This document shows, piece after piece, positions 8,030 to 16,948 of a stretch of DNA of 64,000 nucleotides; position 1 is the first letter of the stretch, and each line of letters begins with the position of its first letter. This stretch comes from a virus: the IMG/VR virus record IMGVR_UViG_3300047356_000838, positions 1 through 64,000 of that record. One strand, given 5' to 3'. Made by a program: the position numbers and the translations under genes. The notes under the pieces are model-generated. The model searched no databases. It worked only from the letters and a program-made list of their open reading frames with translations, and was not told the DNA's origin.

Positions 8030-8910
8030 AACTAAGATATAGCGAAGCGTTTTACAGCGTACAAGGTGAAGGCAAGTTTGTAGGAGTACCCAGTGTATTC
8101 CTACGCACATTCGGTTGTAACTTTCGTTGTATGAACTTTGGACTTCCTAGAGGTACTCCAATGCGCAGTGAACAAGGAAAACACAATGCAGAAGTCAAAG
8201 AACTACTGGATAGTGGAATAGTAAATACAGTAGAGAAGTTTAATGACTTGCCTATTATCCACACAGGCTGTGATACATATGCAAGTATCTATCCAGAGTT
8301 TAAAAAGTTTATGATGGATAGAACTGTAGATGAAGTTGTAGAACATTTACTAAGTCTCACGCCTGAAGGCAGTTGGACTATGGAGAACGGTCAAGACGTA
8401 CACCTCATTTTTACAGGCGGAGAACCACTGTTAGGATGGCAGAAATTTTACGCAGAACTACTAGAACATCCACGTATGAAGGATTTAAAGAATGTCACAT
8501 TTGAAACAAATGCTACTCAATCCCTTAGGGAAGACTTTAGAAACTATCTCAACAATCAAGAGCGATTTACTGTCACTTGGAGTTGTTCCCCGAAACTTAC
8601 AGTTAGCGGAGAATCTCAAACTGATGCTATTAAGCCTGGGATTGTTGCCGATTACGCTGGTGTTAATAACAGTGAACTCTATCTCAAGTTTGTTGTCGCT
8701 GATAGTATGGATGTGGACGAAGTTGCAGATGCTGTTCAAGCATACCGTGACGCAGACGTTAACTGTGCAGTATATTGTATGCCGTTGGGCGGACGTAGTG
8801 AAGAGTATACACTCAATGTTCAGCAAGTCGCAGAACTTTGCATGGAGCGAGGTTGGCGCTTCACGCCAAGACTACACATCAGCCTCTTCGGAAATGCGTG
8901 GGGTACCTAG
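8026..8910 (+). CDS. queE: 7-carboxy-7-deazaguanine synthase (radical SAM QueE)
   Basis: SEAFYSVQGEG..G.PSVFLRTFGCNFRC...CDT, TGGEPL, FETN, SPKL, RLH. Confidence 0.92.
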   Translation: MKLRYSEAFYSVQGEGKFVGVPSVFLRTFGCNFRCMNFGLPRGTPMRSEQGKHNAEVKELLDSGIVNTVEKFNDLPIIHTGCDTYASIYPEFKKFMMDRTVDEVVEHLLSLTPEGSWTMENGQDVHLIFTGGEPLLGWQKFYAELLEHPRMKDLKNVTFETNATQSLREDFRNYLNNQERFTVTWSCSPKLTVSGESQTDAIKPGIVADYAGVNNSELYLKFVVADSMDVDEVADAVQAYRDADVNCAVYCMPLGGRSEEYTLNVQQVAELCMERGWRFTPRLHISLFGNAWGT

Positions 8911-9043
8911 CATTAATCCAATGGGCATTGAAGCGGATCTGGATCCTGAACGTATACACAAAGAAGCAAAAGCGCAAACACCATTAGAACGTGCAATGAA
9001 ACATCCAGTTGACATAGAAAAACTAAGAAAAGCAGGAATGTAA
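8894..9043 (+). CDS. Small hypothetical protein (49 aa)
   Basis: ATG overlapping the queE end; fills the gap and couples by TAATG to the next gene; start could be 8921. Confidence 0.5.
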   Translation: MRGVPSINPMGIEADLDPERIHKEAKAQTPLERAMKHPVDIEKLRKAGM

Positions 9044-9399
9044 TGTTTGATAAAATTAAAAAAGCAGTATTAGGTAACCCTAAACCTGTAAAAGCAACAA
9101 AAACAAAACCTCGCAAAAGTGAAAAAGATCTTGCTACTGAAGCAGGCGAACCCTGGGTAAGTGTGCTGGGCATGGAACTGGATGCTGGTAGTTTAGAACG
9201 CGGCGCTTTTGAACTTGATTGGAATGACTTGTTTGTTGCGAAACTAGTTCGTGCAGGCTATCAAGGCAAAACAGATAACGACATTGTTGACAACTGGTTC
9301 CAGGATGTTTGTCGTAATGTTGTTCTTGAAAGTTATGAACAAGAGCAAGCACAACGCAATGTTGAGAACATTGACGAACATAGGAACGCCTACAAGTGA
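9043..9399 (+). CDS. Hypothetical phage protein
   Basis: Coupled ORF; GEPWV...FELDWN...WF. Confidence 0.75.
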   Translation: MFDKIKKAVLGNPKPVKATKTKPRKSEKDLATEAGEPWVSVLGMELDAGSLERGAFELDWNDLFVAKLVRAGYQGKTDNDIVDNWFQDVCRNVVLESYEQEQAQRNVENIDEHRNAYK

Positions 9400-10106
9400 T
9401 CTATGTAAATGGAGATAGTCATAGCGCAGGTGCTGAACTTGTAAAGGATTATTGTTTTGCTGCAGATGATGCAAGATACGTTGCATGGGGAAGTCGTGCG
9501 CATCCAGATGCAATACCACATACATTTGGATATAAAATAGCACAAGCACTGAATCAGCCTTTTTTTATGGATGCAGAGAGTGCAAGCAGTAATGCAAGAA
9601 TTATAAGAACATCACAGAAATTTATAAATGAAACACAGGATAAAAGCAAACTGTTTGTTATCATTGGATGGACAACACCGGAAAGAGAAGAATGGCCATA
9701 TCAAGACGGGTACATACAAATTACAGCAAGTGGTACAGATTCTGTGCCAGAAAGTATGGAAGAAGAATACCGAGAGTGGGTAGTAAAACAAACACCAGAT
9801 GAATTTGCTCGCAAAAAGCAGATATGGCGAGAACGTATTGCACAGTTCAGCAATGAATTAGACGATCAAAATATTAAACATTACTTCTTTAGGACTCAAT
9901 TGGAGTATCGCGAGTATCTCACTGGTCTTGGTTATAAGACTGTGAATGGTGGCCAACATTTTGGAATAGAAGCACATTCTGCTTGGTTCAAACACTTACT
10001 TCCTCAAATACTTGCAAGATACAATACAAAAACTGACTTGACACAACCAAGTAAACGTAGTATAATAACACAAGTTAAACAAGAGTTCAAAGGACTTAGA
10101 AACTAA
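9396..10106 (+). CDS. SGNH/GDSL-like hydrolase or acyltransferase
   Basis: YVNGDSHSAG block I, SNARIIR, IIGWT, C-terminal H...AH. Confidence 0.65.
   Translation: MIYVNGDSHSAGAELVKDYCFAADDARYVAWGSRAHPDAIPHTFGYKIAQALNQPFFMDAESASSNARIIRTSQKFINETQDKSKLFVIIGWTTPEREEWPYQDGYIQITASGTDSVPESMEEEYREWVVKQTPDEFARKKQIWRERIAQFSNELDDQNIKHYFFRTQLEYREYLTGLGYKTVNGGQHFGIEAHSAWFKHLLPQILARYNTKTDLTQPSKRSIITQVKQEFKGLRN
10038..10066 (+). promoter_or_regulatory. Class B sigma70 consensus promoter for rnh
   Basis: TTGACA-N17-TATAAT, perfect consensus. Confidence 0.85.
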
Positions 10107-11113
10107 TGGCAACCTACTTACTTGTAGATACTATGAATACTTTCTTTCGTGCTAGACATGTAGTGCGAGGCGATGCTGAAACTAAAATTGGCATGGCTAT
10201 CCATATTACTCTCAACGCTATCAACAAGTGTTATCGCAAGTTTAATGCAGATCATGTGTTATTTGCCCTTGAAGGACGTAGTTGGCGCAAGGACTTTTAT
10301 ACTCCATACAAGAAGAATAGAACTGATAAGCGAGCAGCACAGAGCCCTAGTGAGCAAGAAGAGGACGCACTGTTCTTTGAGGCATATGATGACTTCCTAA
10401 AGTTTATTGGTGAGCGCACAAACTGTAGTGCTATGAAGTGTGAGATTGCAGAAGCAGATGATATAATTGCACGTTTTATTGCACTGCATCCTGAGGATAC
10501 ACACATTATTGTAAGCAGTGACACAGACTTTGTACAACTAATTAGTCCTACAGTGCATCAGTATAACGGTATTACTAATGAACTTATTAAAATTGATGGT
10601 GTGGTAAATGATGAAGGCAAGCCTGTGTTAGATAAGAAAACAGGCGAGCAAAAAGTTCCTGCTGCACCTGACTATCAGTTGTTTAAAAAGTGCATGCGAG
10701 GCGATGCTACTGACAATGTGTTCAGTGCATATCCTGGTGTGCGTGAAAAAGGCAGTAGTAAAAAGGTTGGACTACTGGAAGCATATGCTGACAAAGAAAC
10801 TAAAGGCTTTGCTTGGAACAACCTAATGCTACAGCGTTGGACAGATCACAATGGTGTAGAACACCGTGTACTTGACGACTATGAGCGCAATGTTACACTG
10901 GTAGACCTGACTGCACAGCCCACAGAGATCCGTGACTATGTAGATGATATTATCCGTGAACATAGTGTAGCAAAGAACAAGCCCATGGTAGGCGCACACT
11001 TTATGAAGTTCTGCGGTAAATGGGACATGCAACGTGTAGCAGAAAATGCACAGCAATTTGCACTATGGTTAAACGCTAATTACAAGGAGGACGAGCATGG
11101 AGTTCGTGGCTAA
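10106..11113 (+). CDS. rnh: T4-type RNase H / 5'-3' exonuclease
   Basis: LLVD, SWRKDFY..YK.NR, EADD, SSDTDF.QL, GDATDNV. Confidence 0.9.
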   Translation: MATYLLVDTMNTFFRARHVVRGDAETKIGMAIHITLNAINKCYRKFNADHVLFALEGRSWRKDFYTPYKKNRTDKRAAQSPSEQEEDALFFEAYDDFLKFIGERTNCSAMKCEIAEADDIIARFIALHPEDTHIIVSSDTDFVQLISPTVHQYNGITNELIKIDGVVNDEGKPVLDKKTGEQKVPAAPDYQLFKKCMRGDATDNVFSAYPGVREKGSSKKVGLLEAYADKETKGFAWNNLMLQRWTDHNGVEHRVLDDYERNVTLVDLTAQPTEIRDYVDDIIREHSVAKNKPMVGAHFMKFCGKWDMQRVAENAQQFALWLNANYKEDEHGVRG

Positions 11114-11561
11114 ACCTGTACTAGAAGATAAGTTTTGGATTTTAGAAGATAATGGTCAAAAAGTAGGCACTATTCGCAGCAATGAAAATGGTGTTACACT
11201 ACAAGTTGGCAGTGAGAATCAAACGTTTAAAGCATTAGAAGAACTTACACAAAAGATCAGTGTTAGTTTCTCAGGCAAAGAACTTGTTAATAAAGAAAAA
11301 CAAGAATATGACGTACATGGTTATTTCTGTAAAACACGGCCATTTAATTCAATTTTTGATCTTAAACGCAAACTGCCACTGTACACAAAAACAACAGACA
11401 GTCAAAGTTTCTTTTGTGCAGGCTGGTATTGTATTCAGTTTGAGCATGGTTGGGTTCCTGCTAGTTGTCCTAAACTAATTACATTGTCTAGGAATAGTTA
11501 TCTTGGTCCTTTTAAAACAAAACTTGAAATGACAGAAGCACTAAGACAAACAAATGGCTAA
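11097..11561 (+). CDS. Hypothetical phage protein
   Basis: AGGAGG SD; CPKLITL...GPFKT. Confidence 0.75.
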   Translation: MEFVAKPVLEDKFWILEDNGQKVGTIRSNENGVTLQVGSENQTFKALEELTQKISVSFSGKELVNKEKQEYDVHGYFCKTRPFNSIFDLKRKLPLYTKTTDSQSFFCAGWYCIQFEHGWVPASCPKLITLSRNSYLGPFKTKLEMTEALRQTNG

Positions 11562-11772
11562 ACCTCAGTTTCCTAATTTAGATAGACTATCACACGGGTG
11601 TATAAACCTGCGCAAAGATAGTTTGACTGTTAATGCGCAGGATGCTCGTGGTATTGCTAATGATTATACAAGATTACTAGAGTACATTACAGAACTACAG
11701 GATACTGTAATAGAATTACAGAAAGCACAAGATAGTGTAGTGGAAGTTCAGTTGGACGGGGATACTTTTTAG
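11554..11772 (+). CDS. Hypothetical coiled-coil protein
   Basis: Coupled ORF. Confidence 0.7.
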   Translation: MAKPQFPNLDRLSHGCINLRKDSLTVNAQDARGIANDYTRLLEYITELQDTVIELQKAQDSVVEVQLDGDTF

Positions 11773-11792
11773 TAAAGTACGCATATTTCTTG

Positions 11793-11799
11793 CTAAATA
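11793..11799 (+). promoter_or_regulatory. Putative late (gp55-type) promoter CTAAATA
   Basis: TAAATA core in an intergenic gap, as seen upstream of the structural genes. Confidence 0.45.
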
Positions 11800-11830
11800 A
11801 TAGTAGCATATTATAAAGTGAGATATAATA

Positions 11831-12118
11831 ATGAGTCGTCCTAAGCCTACTGTACTCTTAGAAAAAGTTGAAAAAGAAACATACAAAGCAGAGCAAGTAC
11901 TTGCAAGTCAAGGTATTTGGGCTGTCTACTACGACAAAAAACCAATCAATCTTAAAACGTTTAATATGCTTATTAGTTATCCAGGACCTAAATACAAAAA
12001 GGTATCCTTTAGCAATCCAGGACATGCTATTAACCTAGCAAAAAAACTTAATAAACAGTTTCAGACAGATCAGTTTACAGTTGTTGTATTAGACAAGGGT
12101 AAGCAGATTTACCCATGA
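11831..12118 (+). CDS. Hypothetical phage protein
   Basis: MSRPKPTVLL...GPKYKKVSFSNPGHA. Confidence 0.78.
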   Translation: MSRPKPTVLLEKVEKETYKAEQVLASQGIWAVYYDKKPINLKTFNMLISYPGPKYKKVSFSNPGHAINLAKKLNKQFQTDQFTVVVLDKGKQIYP

Positions 12119-12119
12119 C

Positions 12120-12497
12120 ATGCGTACTAAAGACCAGTACACACAAGCATTTATAGATAATGATCCCAGAGAGTTTCATCTTAGACCAACATTCGACATA
12201 GCATATACTAACTGGTGGCAAAACGCCAGACGTGACGGTGGCTTTAGACTAACACAAAAAGGTTGCTTACACTGTGTTGACAGACTACAACTAGAATACT
12301 ATGAAATAAGCATAGAAGAAGTTGATCCCAGTGGACGCTTTCTTTTAGATCTTGACAGATATATCAAAACACCGTATTATATAAGAGATATAAAAAAACG
12401 TAGTAGAACAATAATGCTGTTTGATAAAAAGACACACTTTGCACTTACTATGTACAATGGTGATTTTCAGAAATTTATAAATGCACACAAAGTTTAA
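12120..12497 (+). CDS. Hypothetical phage protein
   Basis: Operon-spaced ORF; WW.N.R..GG.RLT..G. Confidence 0.75.
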   Translation: MRTKDQYTQAFIDNDPREFHLRPTFDIAYTNWWQNARRDGGFRLTQKGCLHCVDRLQLEYYEISIEEVDPSGRFLLDLDRYIKTPYYIRDIKKRSRTIMLFDKKTHFALTMYNGDFQKFINAHKV

Positions 12498-12735
12498 ACA
12501 TTGGGGAACCAGAGAACTAGAAGACACTCATTGGAAGTGGATTGTGACTGCTGAAGTAGAGGATAATCCACAAGACAAACGCAAGTTTCTCGCATGGATG
12601 ACTAAACAGTTTGGTGAACAAGGTAGCCGTTGGAGCATACGTTGGAGTATGTTGGGTGTAGATATACGCTTTCACGAGCCAAAAGACTACTTTACGTTTA
12701 CCATGTTTCATACAATTGAGCCAGAAAAAGACTAA
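12481..12735 (+). CDS. Hypothetical protein
   Basis: Overlapping ORF ending at the next promoter. Confidence 0.65.
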   Translation: MHTKFKHWGTRELEDTHWKWIVTAEVEDNPQDKRKFLAWMTKQFGEQGSRWSIRWSMLGVDIRFHEPKDYFTFTMFHTIEPEKD

Positions 12736-12781
12736 AAAAGGTTGACATATCCTCTAAACGTGCTATGTTTAATAGTAAGTT
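12734..12781 (+). promoter_or_regulatory. Class A phage promoter
   Basis: AAAAAAGG-TTGACA-N16-TATGTT, TGC before the -10, then TAGTAAGTT. Confidence 0.82.
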
Positions 12782-12799
12782 GTTTTTGAGGAGTGAGAT

Positions 12800-12949
12800 A
12801 TGTTTAAGTTTGTAATTACAGCAAAAATGCAAAATGGTGATGCCTGGGAAACTACACGGCATACTAAACGTGGTTTGGATAGTGTTATCCAAGACATCCT
12901 TAAAGATGATGCTGTTGTTAGTTTCAATGTTGAAGAGGTTCGCATATAA
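12800..12949 (+). CDS. Small early protein (49 aa), not in the ORF track
   Basis: GAGGAG SD; MFKFVITAKMQNGDAWETTRHTKRGLDSVIQDILKDDAVVSFNVEEVRI; TAATG coupling to the next gene. Confidence 0.8.
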   Translation: MFKFVITAKMQNGDAWETTRHTKRGLDSVIQDILKDDAVVSFNVEEVRI

Positions 12950-13239
12950 TGGAAAAGGGCAACGTAGTTTGGCTTGAGGGTAGATCTCGCCACGGTAAGA
13001 ATCGCATAGAACAGCATGGTAATCCTTGGACTGTAAACGCAAAAGGCAAGTTCAACGGCAATGATGCAGTGCGTATGCGCAGTGAAAATGAAACATTTAA
13101 CCTAGGTCAAGGTCGTAAAATGCACGACGAACGCTGGGTATTCCTTAAAGATGATCCTAACTTTTGGGTCAAATGTGATGCAGACGCAATGGAGCGTTTG
13201 TGCGATGCTAACATTCCTACAGATTGGTTAACACGATAA
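12949..13239 (+). CDS. Hypothetical early protein
   Basis: TAATG coupling; SRHGKNRI.QHG..W. Confidence 0.75.
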   Translation: MEKGNVVWLEGRSRHGKNRIEQHGNPWTVNAKGKFNGNDAVRMRSENETFNLGQGRKMHDERWVFLKDDPNFWVKCDADAMERLCDANIPTDWLTR

Positions 13240-13412
13240 TGTATTATTTGGCAGTTGAAATCGAAGATGGTGAACTCCTAGTTTGGGAACATTTGGATAG
13301 TAAAACTATGATGGAGATGCGTAATCTATATGTGCATCTTGGTGCAGAAAATGTTCGCAGTGGTCGTATGAAAAAGGTTGACAATCTAGCAAAAGATGCT
13401 ATGTTTGTATAG
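13239..13412 (+). CDS. Small hypothetical early protein
   Basis: TAATG coupling; its C-terminus runs through the next promoter. Confidence 0.65.
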   Translation: MYYLAVEIEDGELLVWEHLDSKTMMEMRNLYVHLGAENVRSGRMKKVDNLAKDAMFV

Positions 13413-13418
13413 TAAGTT
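13371..13418 (+). promoter_or_regulatory. Class A phage promoter
   Basis: AAAAAGG-TTGACA-N16-TATGTT...TAGTAAGTT. Confidence 0.82.
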
Positions 13419-13440
13419 ATTTTTTAGAGGAGACTAAAAC

Positions 13441-14550
13441 ATGTCAGCAGTTGATGCAAGAACCGTTACTGTAAAACAAGCAGTTACTAGACTAATTCGT
13501 GCGCTTAAAAAAGATCGCCCACTTTTCCTCTGGGGACCTCCAGGTGTTGGCAAGTCAGAGATGTGCCAATACGTTGTTGATAGTGGTGAACTTGGTAAAG
13601 CAAAACTAATAGACATTCGTGCTAGTTTGCTGGATCCTACAGATGTGCGAGGCTTTCCTGCGCCAGACCTAGCAAACAATAGAATGGTTTGGTTACCTCC
13701 TGTGGATTTTCCTACAGAAGAAGAAGCAGCAAAGTATGACACAATTGTTATGCTGTTTGACGAACTTAACAGTGGTGCACAGAGTGTGCAAGCCGCGCTT
13801 TATCAACTAATACTTAACAAAAAGGTTGGTCAGTATGAACTTCCTAAAAACGTTAAGATTGTAGCGGCTGGTAACCGTGAGAGTGATAAAGGTGTTACAT
13901 ATCGTATGCCTACTCCGCTTGCTAACCGTTTTGTACACTTGGAAATCCGTGCAGACTTTGAAGCATGGTTGGATTGGGCTGTTGCTAACAAGATCCATGA
14001 AGATGTAGTTGGTTACATTTCTTTTGCTAAAGCAGACTTGTTTGACTTTGATCCTCGTGCAAGTGGACATGCTTTTGCTACACCGCGTAGTTGGACTTTT
14101 GTAAGCCAGTTCTGTGAGGATGAAGACATCCGTGATGCAGAACTTACAGACTTGGTTGCAGGTACAGTAGGTGAAGGCATTGCTGTAAAGTTTATGAATC
14201 ACCGCAAGTTTGCAAAAGACCTTCCGCTTCCAAGTGATATCCTTGCTGGTAAGGTTAAAGAGTGCAAAGTAAAAGAAATCTCTGCACAGTATGCACTAAC
14301 AATTGGTATGTGCTACGAATTGCAGGATACTTTCGAGAAGATGGGCAAGGATGATGTTGATGCGTGGCACAAACTTGCGGATAACTTCTTCCGCTTTATG
14401 ATGGACTTCTTCCCCACGGAGATGACTGTTATGGGTTGTCGTGTTGCTATTAACCAGTACAACTTGCCTTTCCAACCAGACAAGCTCAAGCACTTTGATG
14501 AGTTTTATGATCGCTTTGGCAAGTATGTTGCTGCAAGTAATGAGGACTAA
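13441..14550 (+). CDS. MoxR-like AAA+ ATPase
   Basis: Walker A GPPGVGKS, Walker B LFDE, AAGN, LANRF, TPRSW. Confidence 0.9.
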   Translation: MSAVDARTVTVKQAVTRLIRALKKDRPLFLWGPPGVGKSEMCQYVVDSGELGKAKLIDIRASLLDPTDVRGFPAPDLANNRMVWLPPVDFPTEEEAAKYDTIVMLFDELNSGAQSVQAALYQLILNKKVGQYELPKNVKIVAAGNRESDKGVTYRMPTPLANRFVHLEIRADFEAWLDWAVANKIHEDVVGYISFAKADLFDFDPRASGHAFATPRSWTFVSQFCEDEDIRDAELTDLVAGTVGEGIAVKFMNHRKFAKDLPLPSDILAGKVKECKVKEISAQYALTIGMCYELQDTFEKMGKDDVDAWHKLADNFFRFMMDFFPTEMTVMGCRVAINQYNLPFQPDKLKHFDEFYDRFGKYVAASNED

Positions 14551-14553
14551 TCC

Positions 14554-14832
14554 ATGTACTTGAAAAAACAAACATTACAAGACGACTTTGGCATATGGTG
14601 GGACTTGCCAAAGTATCGTAACAGAGATTTTGAAGCAAAGCAGTATGCACAAAATATGATTACCAAAGTAAATGTGGGCAAGTATGGTTGGCCTGGACCT
14701 GAAAAAGATGTAAAGTATTGGGTTGAACTAGACAATGGTAAAGTAGTTGGCTTCCGTCACGGTATGAGTGAAGGCGGCAAGCGCAGAGCAAAGTATGCAG
14801 AGTTTCCTGTATATAATGCTAAAAAAGGTTGA
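14554..14832 (+). CDS. Hypothetical protein
   Basis: GAGGA SD; ends inside the next promoter. Confidence 0.7.
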   Translation: MYLKKQTLQDDFGIWWDLPKYRNRDFEAKQYAQNMITKVNVGKYGWPGPEKDVKYWVELDNGKVVGFRHGMSEGGKRRAKYAEFPVYNAKKG

Positions 14833-14868
14833 CAACTCTGTAATCTATGTTATATTTAATTATAAGTT
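14821..14868 (+). promoter_or_regulatory. Class A phage promoter
   Basis: AAAAAAGG-TTGACA-N16-TATATT...TATAAGTT. Confidence 0.78.
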
Positions 14869-14888
14869 GGATTTGTAGAGAGAATTAG

Positions 14889-15680
14889 ATGTTACTTACA
14901 CCGCAAGAAGAATTACGCAACTGTGTGGATATCCTTACTACTAGGGATATTCCACTAAAATTGTTTGAAGATGGCCAAGCAAGACGTCTCCGTGCTGTAT
15001 ATTCTACCTCAAAATCTCATTATGATGTAGAATTACTGATTAAATTAGGAGAGGTTGGTATCCGTATTGCGTATCGTAACAACCCTACAAGAGAAACAAA
15101 CAATACACTACTGTTGAACAAACTTCGCAAACAAGGAATGTTTGCAGATAGTAAAGTTAGTAGCCCAATGTTTCCAACATTTCTTAGCGAAAATTTGGCA
15201 GAAGACTTTCTTAAAGTTGTTGATTGTATTGAATCAACACCTGAGTTTGAAGATAGCACTGGTAATACATGGAAAGTAAATGGTGGACTGGAAGCAGGTA
15301 CTTGGCACATTGTTGACACTGTACGCAGTGCAGTCAAGCGGGGTCATACAAGCGCACTAGGGCGTGATATGTATGAGTGCTTGCGTAGCAAAGTTGAAGT
15401 TAACAGATACGACAGTGAACAGGGATTGACTTGGGGCGAGCATGTTGTGCCTATTGACTTTATGACACAGGAACTTGTTCGCATGTGTACAAAGGGTGCT
15501 AGTGAAGATACAATGTTTGATTTTGTAATGCGTAACCACAAGGTTGTTTATATTACACCTACACAAGCAACCCGCATTGACAAGTATTTAAAGTTACAGA
15601 CTGTTATGACAGAGGGCTGGAAGGACGGCGATTCTCCCTTTGCAAGGTTACACGCCGCTGATATTGCGATTGAGGAGTAG
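14889..15680 (+). CDS. Hypothetical protein with an EHVVP (His-Me/HNH-like) motif
   Basis: WGEHVVP followed about 30 aa later by VVYIT..Q...ID, then M..GW..GDSPFAR. Confidence 0.6.
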   Translation: MLLTPQEELRNCVDILTTRDIPLKLFEDGQARRLRAVYSTSKSHYDVELLIKLGEVGIRIAYRNNPTRETNNTLLLNKLRKQGMFADSKVSSPMFPTFLSENLAEDFLKVVDCIESTPEFEDSTGNTWKVNGGLEAGTWHIVDTVRSAVKRGHTSALGRDMYECLRSKVEVNRYDSEQGLTWGEHVVPIDFMTQELVRMCTKGASEDTMFDFVMRNHKVVYITPTQATRIDKYLKLQTVMTEGWKDGDSPFARLHAADIAIEE

Positions 15681-15685
15681 AGAGA

Positions 15686-16891
15686 ATGGCATATCCAATG
15701 AAAAACACAATGGGATTTCAAGTAATGAACACTACCGAAGAAGAAGTGCATTATGCACAAAAGCGTAATAAAATTTTTGAAAACACACTTGATAAAACAA
15801 TTAGTAGTATCAATGATCGTATTGAGTATGTTTATGGTCTCAGTGAAAGTAACCAGCGGTTAAGGGCTGGTACAGAAGACAGTCTTCTAGAATTTGAGAT
15901 GCGCTATGAGGAAATGCAGGATCCTGAGTTTTTCTATAGCAAATTAGCAAATCGTAGAATTACAGAAACTATGGCTAACATTGTTATTGATATGAGACTG
16001 CAACGTGTTCCAACTATGGAAGCAATTCAGAAATATATCCGTAACTACCGTTGGTATAAAGTACAGCCAATCAAAGTTTTTGTTTGGGTTGACCCAAATG
16101 GTAAAGAGCACCTTGTGTGCTGGGACGGACAGCATACACTGATTATGTTGTATTTGATTGCCACACAGGTACATAAATTAAACCCTAGTGAAGTACAAAT
16201 TCCAGTTAACATTACTGATGGTATTACTATTGAAGAAGCAAGAGAATCTTTAATGAGTGAGAACGGTGAAGGTCGTGTACTGTTTGATGCAGTAGACATG
16301 CATGAACAGGGTGTATTTGCTCGTAGAGACACTGGCAGTGAGGTAAAATCACATGTACTAGCAGAACAGAGACAACAGCATCTTGAAGATAACTTTATGT
16401 TTCTTGCAAATCCTCGGCGAGGAGAAATGGATAAGCCTGGCGCTCTTACAAGAACACAAGAGATCTTGGATCCAACGTTTTCACATCTAGTAACAAAGTA
16501 CTTTGCACAATGGTTCTATGGTTTAAATGGTAGTAACAGACCTGCTTTTGGTGTTGAAGTTCCTGCTATGTACAACTTCTTTCATGAGTGTGTAAACAGC
16601 GGAATGGAACTGGATAGAAGGTACATTAAACAGGTTGCTATGGTTTGTCGCAGTGTAACAGGTGATGATTTTGATGGCAATATGGTTTGGGACCGTGTAA
16701 GGAAAATCTATGAGGTACACTTTAGAAAGGGTGAAGCAGATAAACCCGAAGGAGAACGTAATCGTATTAGCCACGAGGGTCATAAAAACGAAAAGATGCT
16801 TGCGTTTATTTGTGCAATGCTGAAAGCCAAGGGTGTTGCTGTACCAAACTACGTTCCATATTTTCCGGTAACTGAACAGGATCTGTTCTAA
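15686..16891 (+). CDS. ParB/Srx-fold DGQH-motif protein
   Basis: QR...I.KY...QPIKV...CWDGQHTL...IPV. Confidence 0.65.
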   Translation: MAYPMKNTMGFQVMNTTEEEVHYAQKRNKIFENTLDKTISSINDRIEYVYGLSESNQRLRAGTEDSLLEFEMRYEEMQDPEFFYSKLANRRITETMANIVIDMRLQRVPTMEAIQKYIRNYRWYKVQPIKVFVWVDPNGKEHLVCWDGQHTLIMLYLIATQVHKLNPSEVQIPVNITDGITIEEARESLMSENGEGRVLFDAVDMHEQGVFARRDTGSEVKSHVLAEQRQQHLEDNFMFLANPRRGEMDKPGALTRTQEILDPTFSHLVTKYFAQWFYGLNGSNRPAFGVEVPAMYNFFHECVNSGMELDRRYIKQVAMVCRSVTGDDFDGNMVWDRVRKIYEVHFRKGEADKPEGERNRISHEGHKNEKMLAFICAMLKAKGVAVPNYVPYFPVTEQDLF

Positions 16892-16933
16892 AAGGTTGAC
16901 ATATCCTGTAATAGTGCTATAGTTAAATAGTAA
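16890..16933 (+). promoter_or_regulatory. Class A phage promoter
   Basis: AAAAGG-TTGACA-N16-TATAGT...TAGTAA; shares AAAAGGTTGACATATCCT with the 12734 copy. Confidence 0.82.
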
Positions 16934-16948
16934 ACAAAGGAGACGAGC

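Noticed and set aside
8492-8893. 5' part of the 183-aa ORF overlapping queE
   Set aside because: Alternative frame inside queE; only the part from about 8894 fills non-coding space
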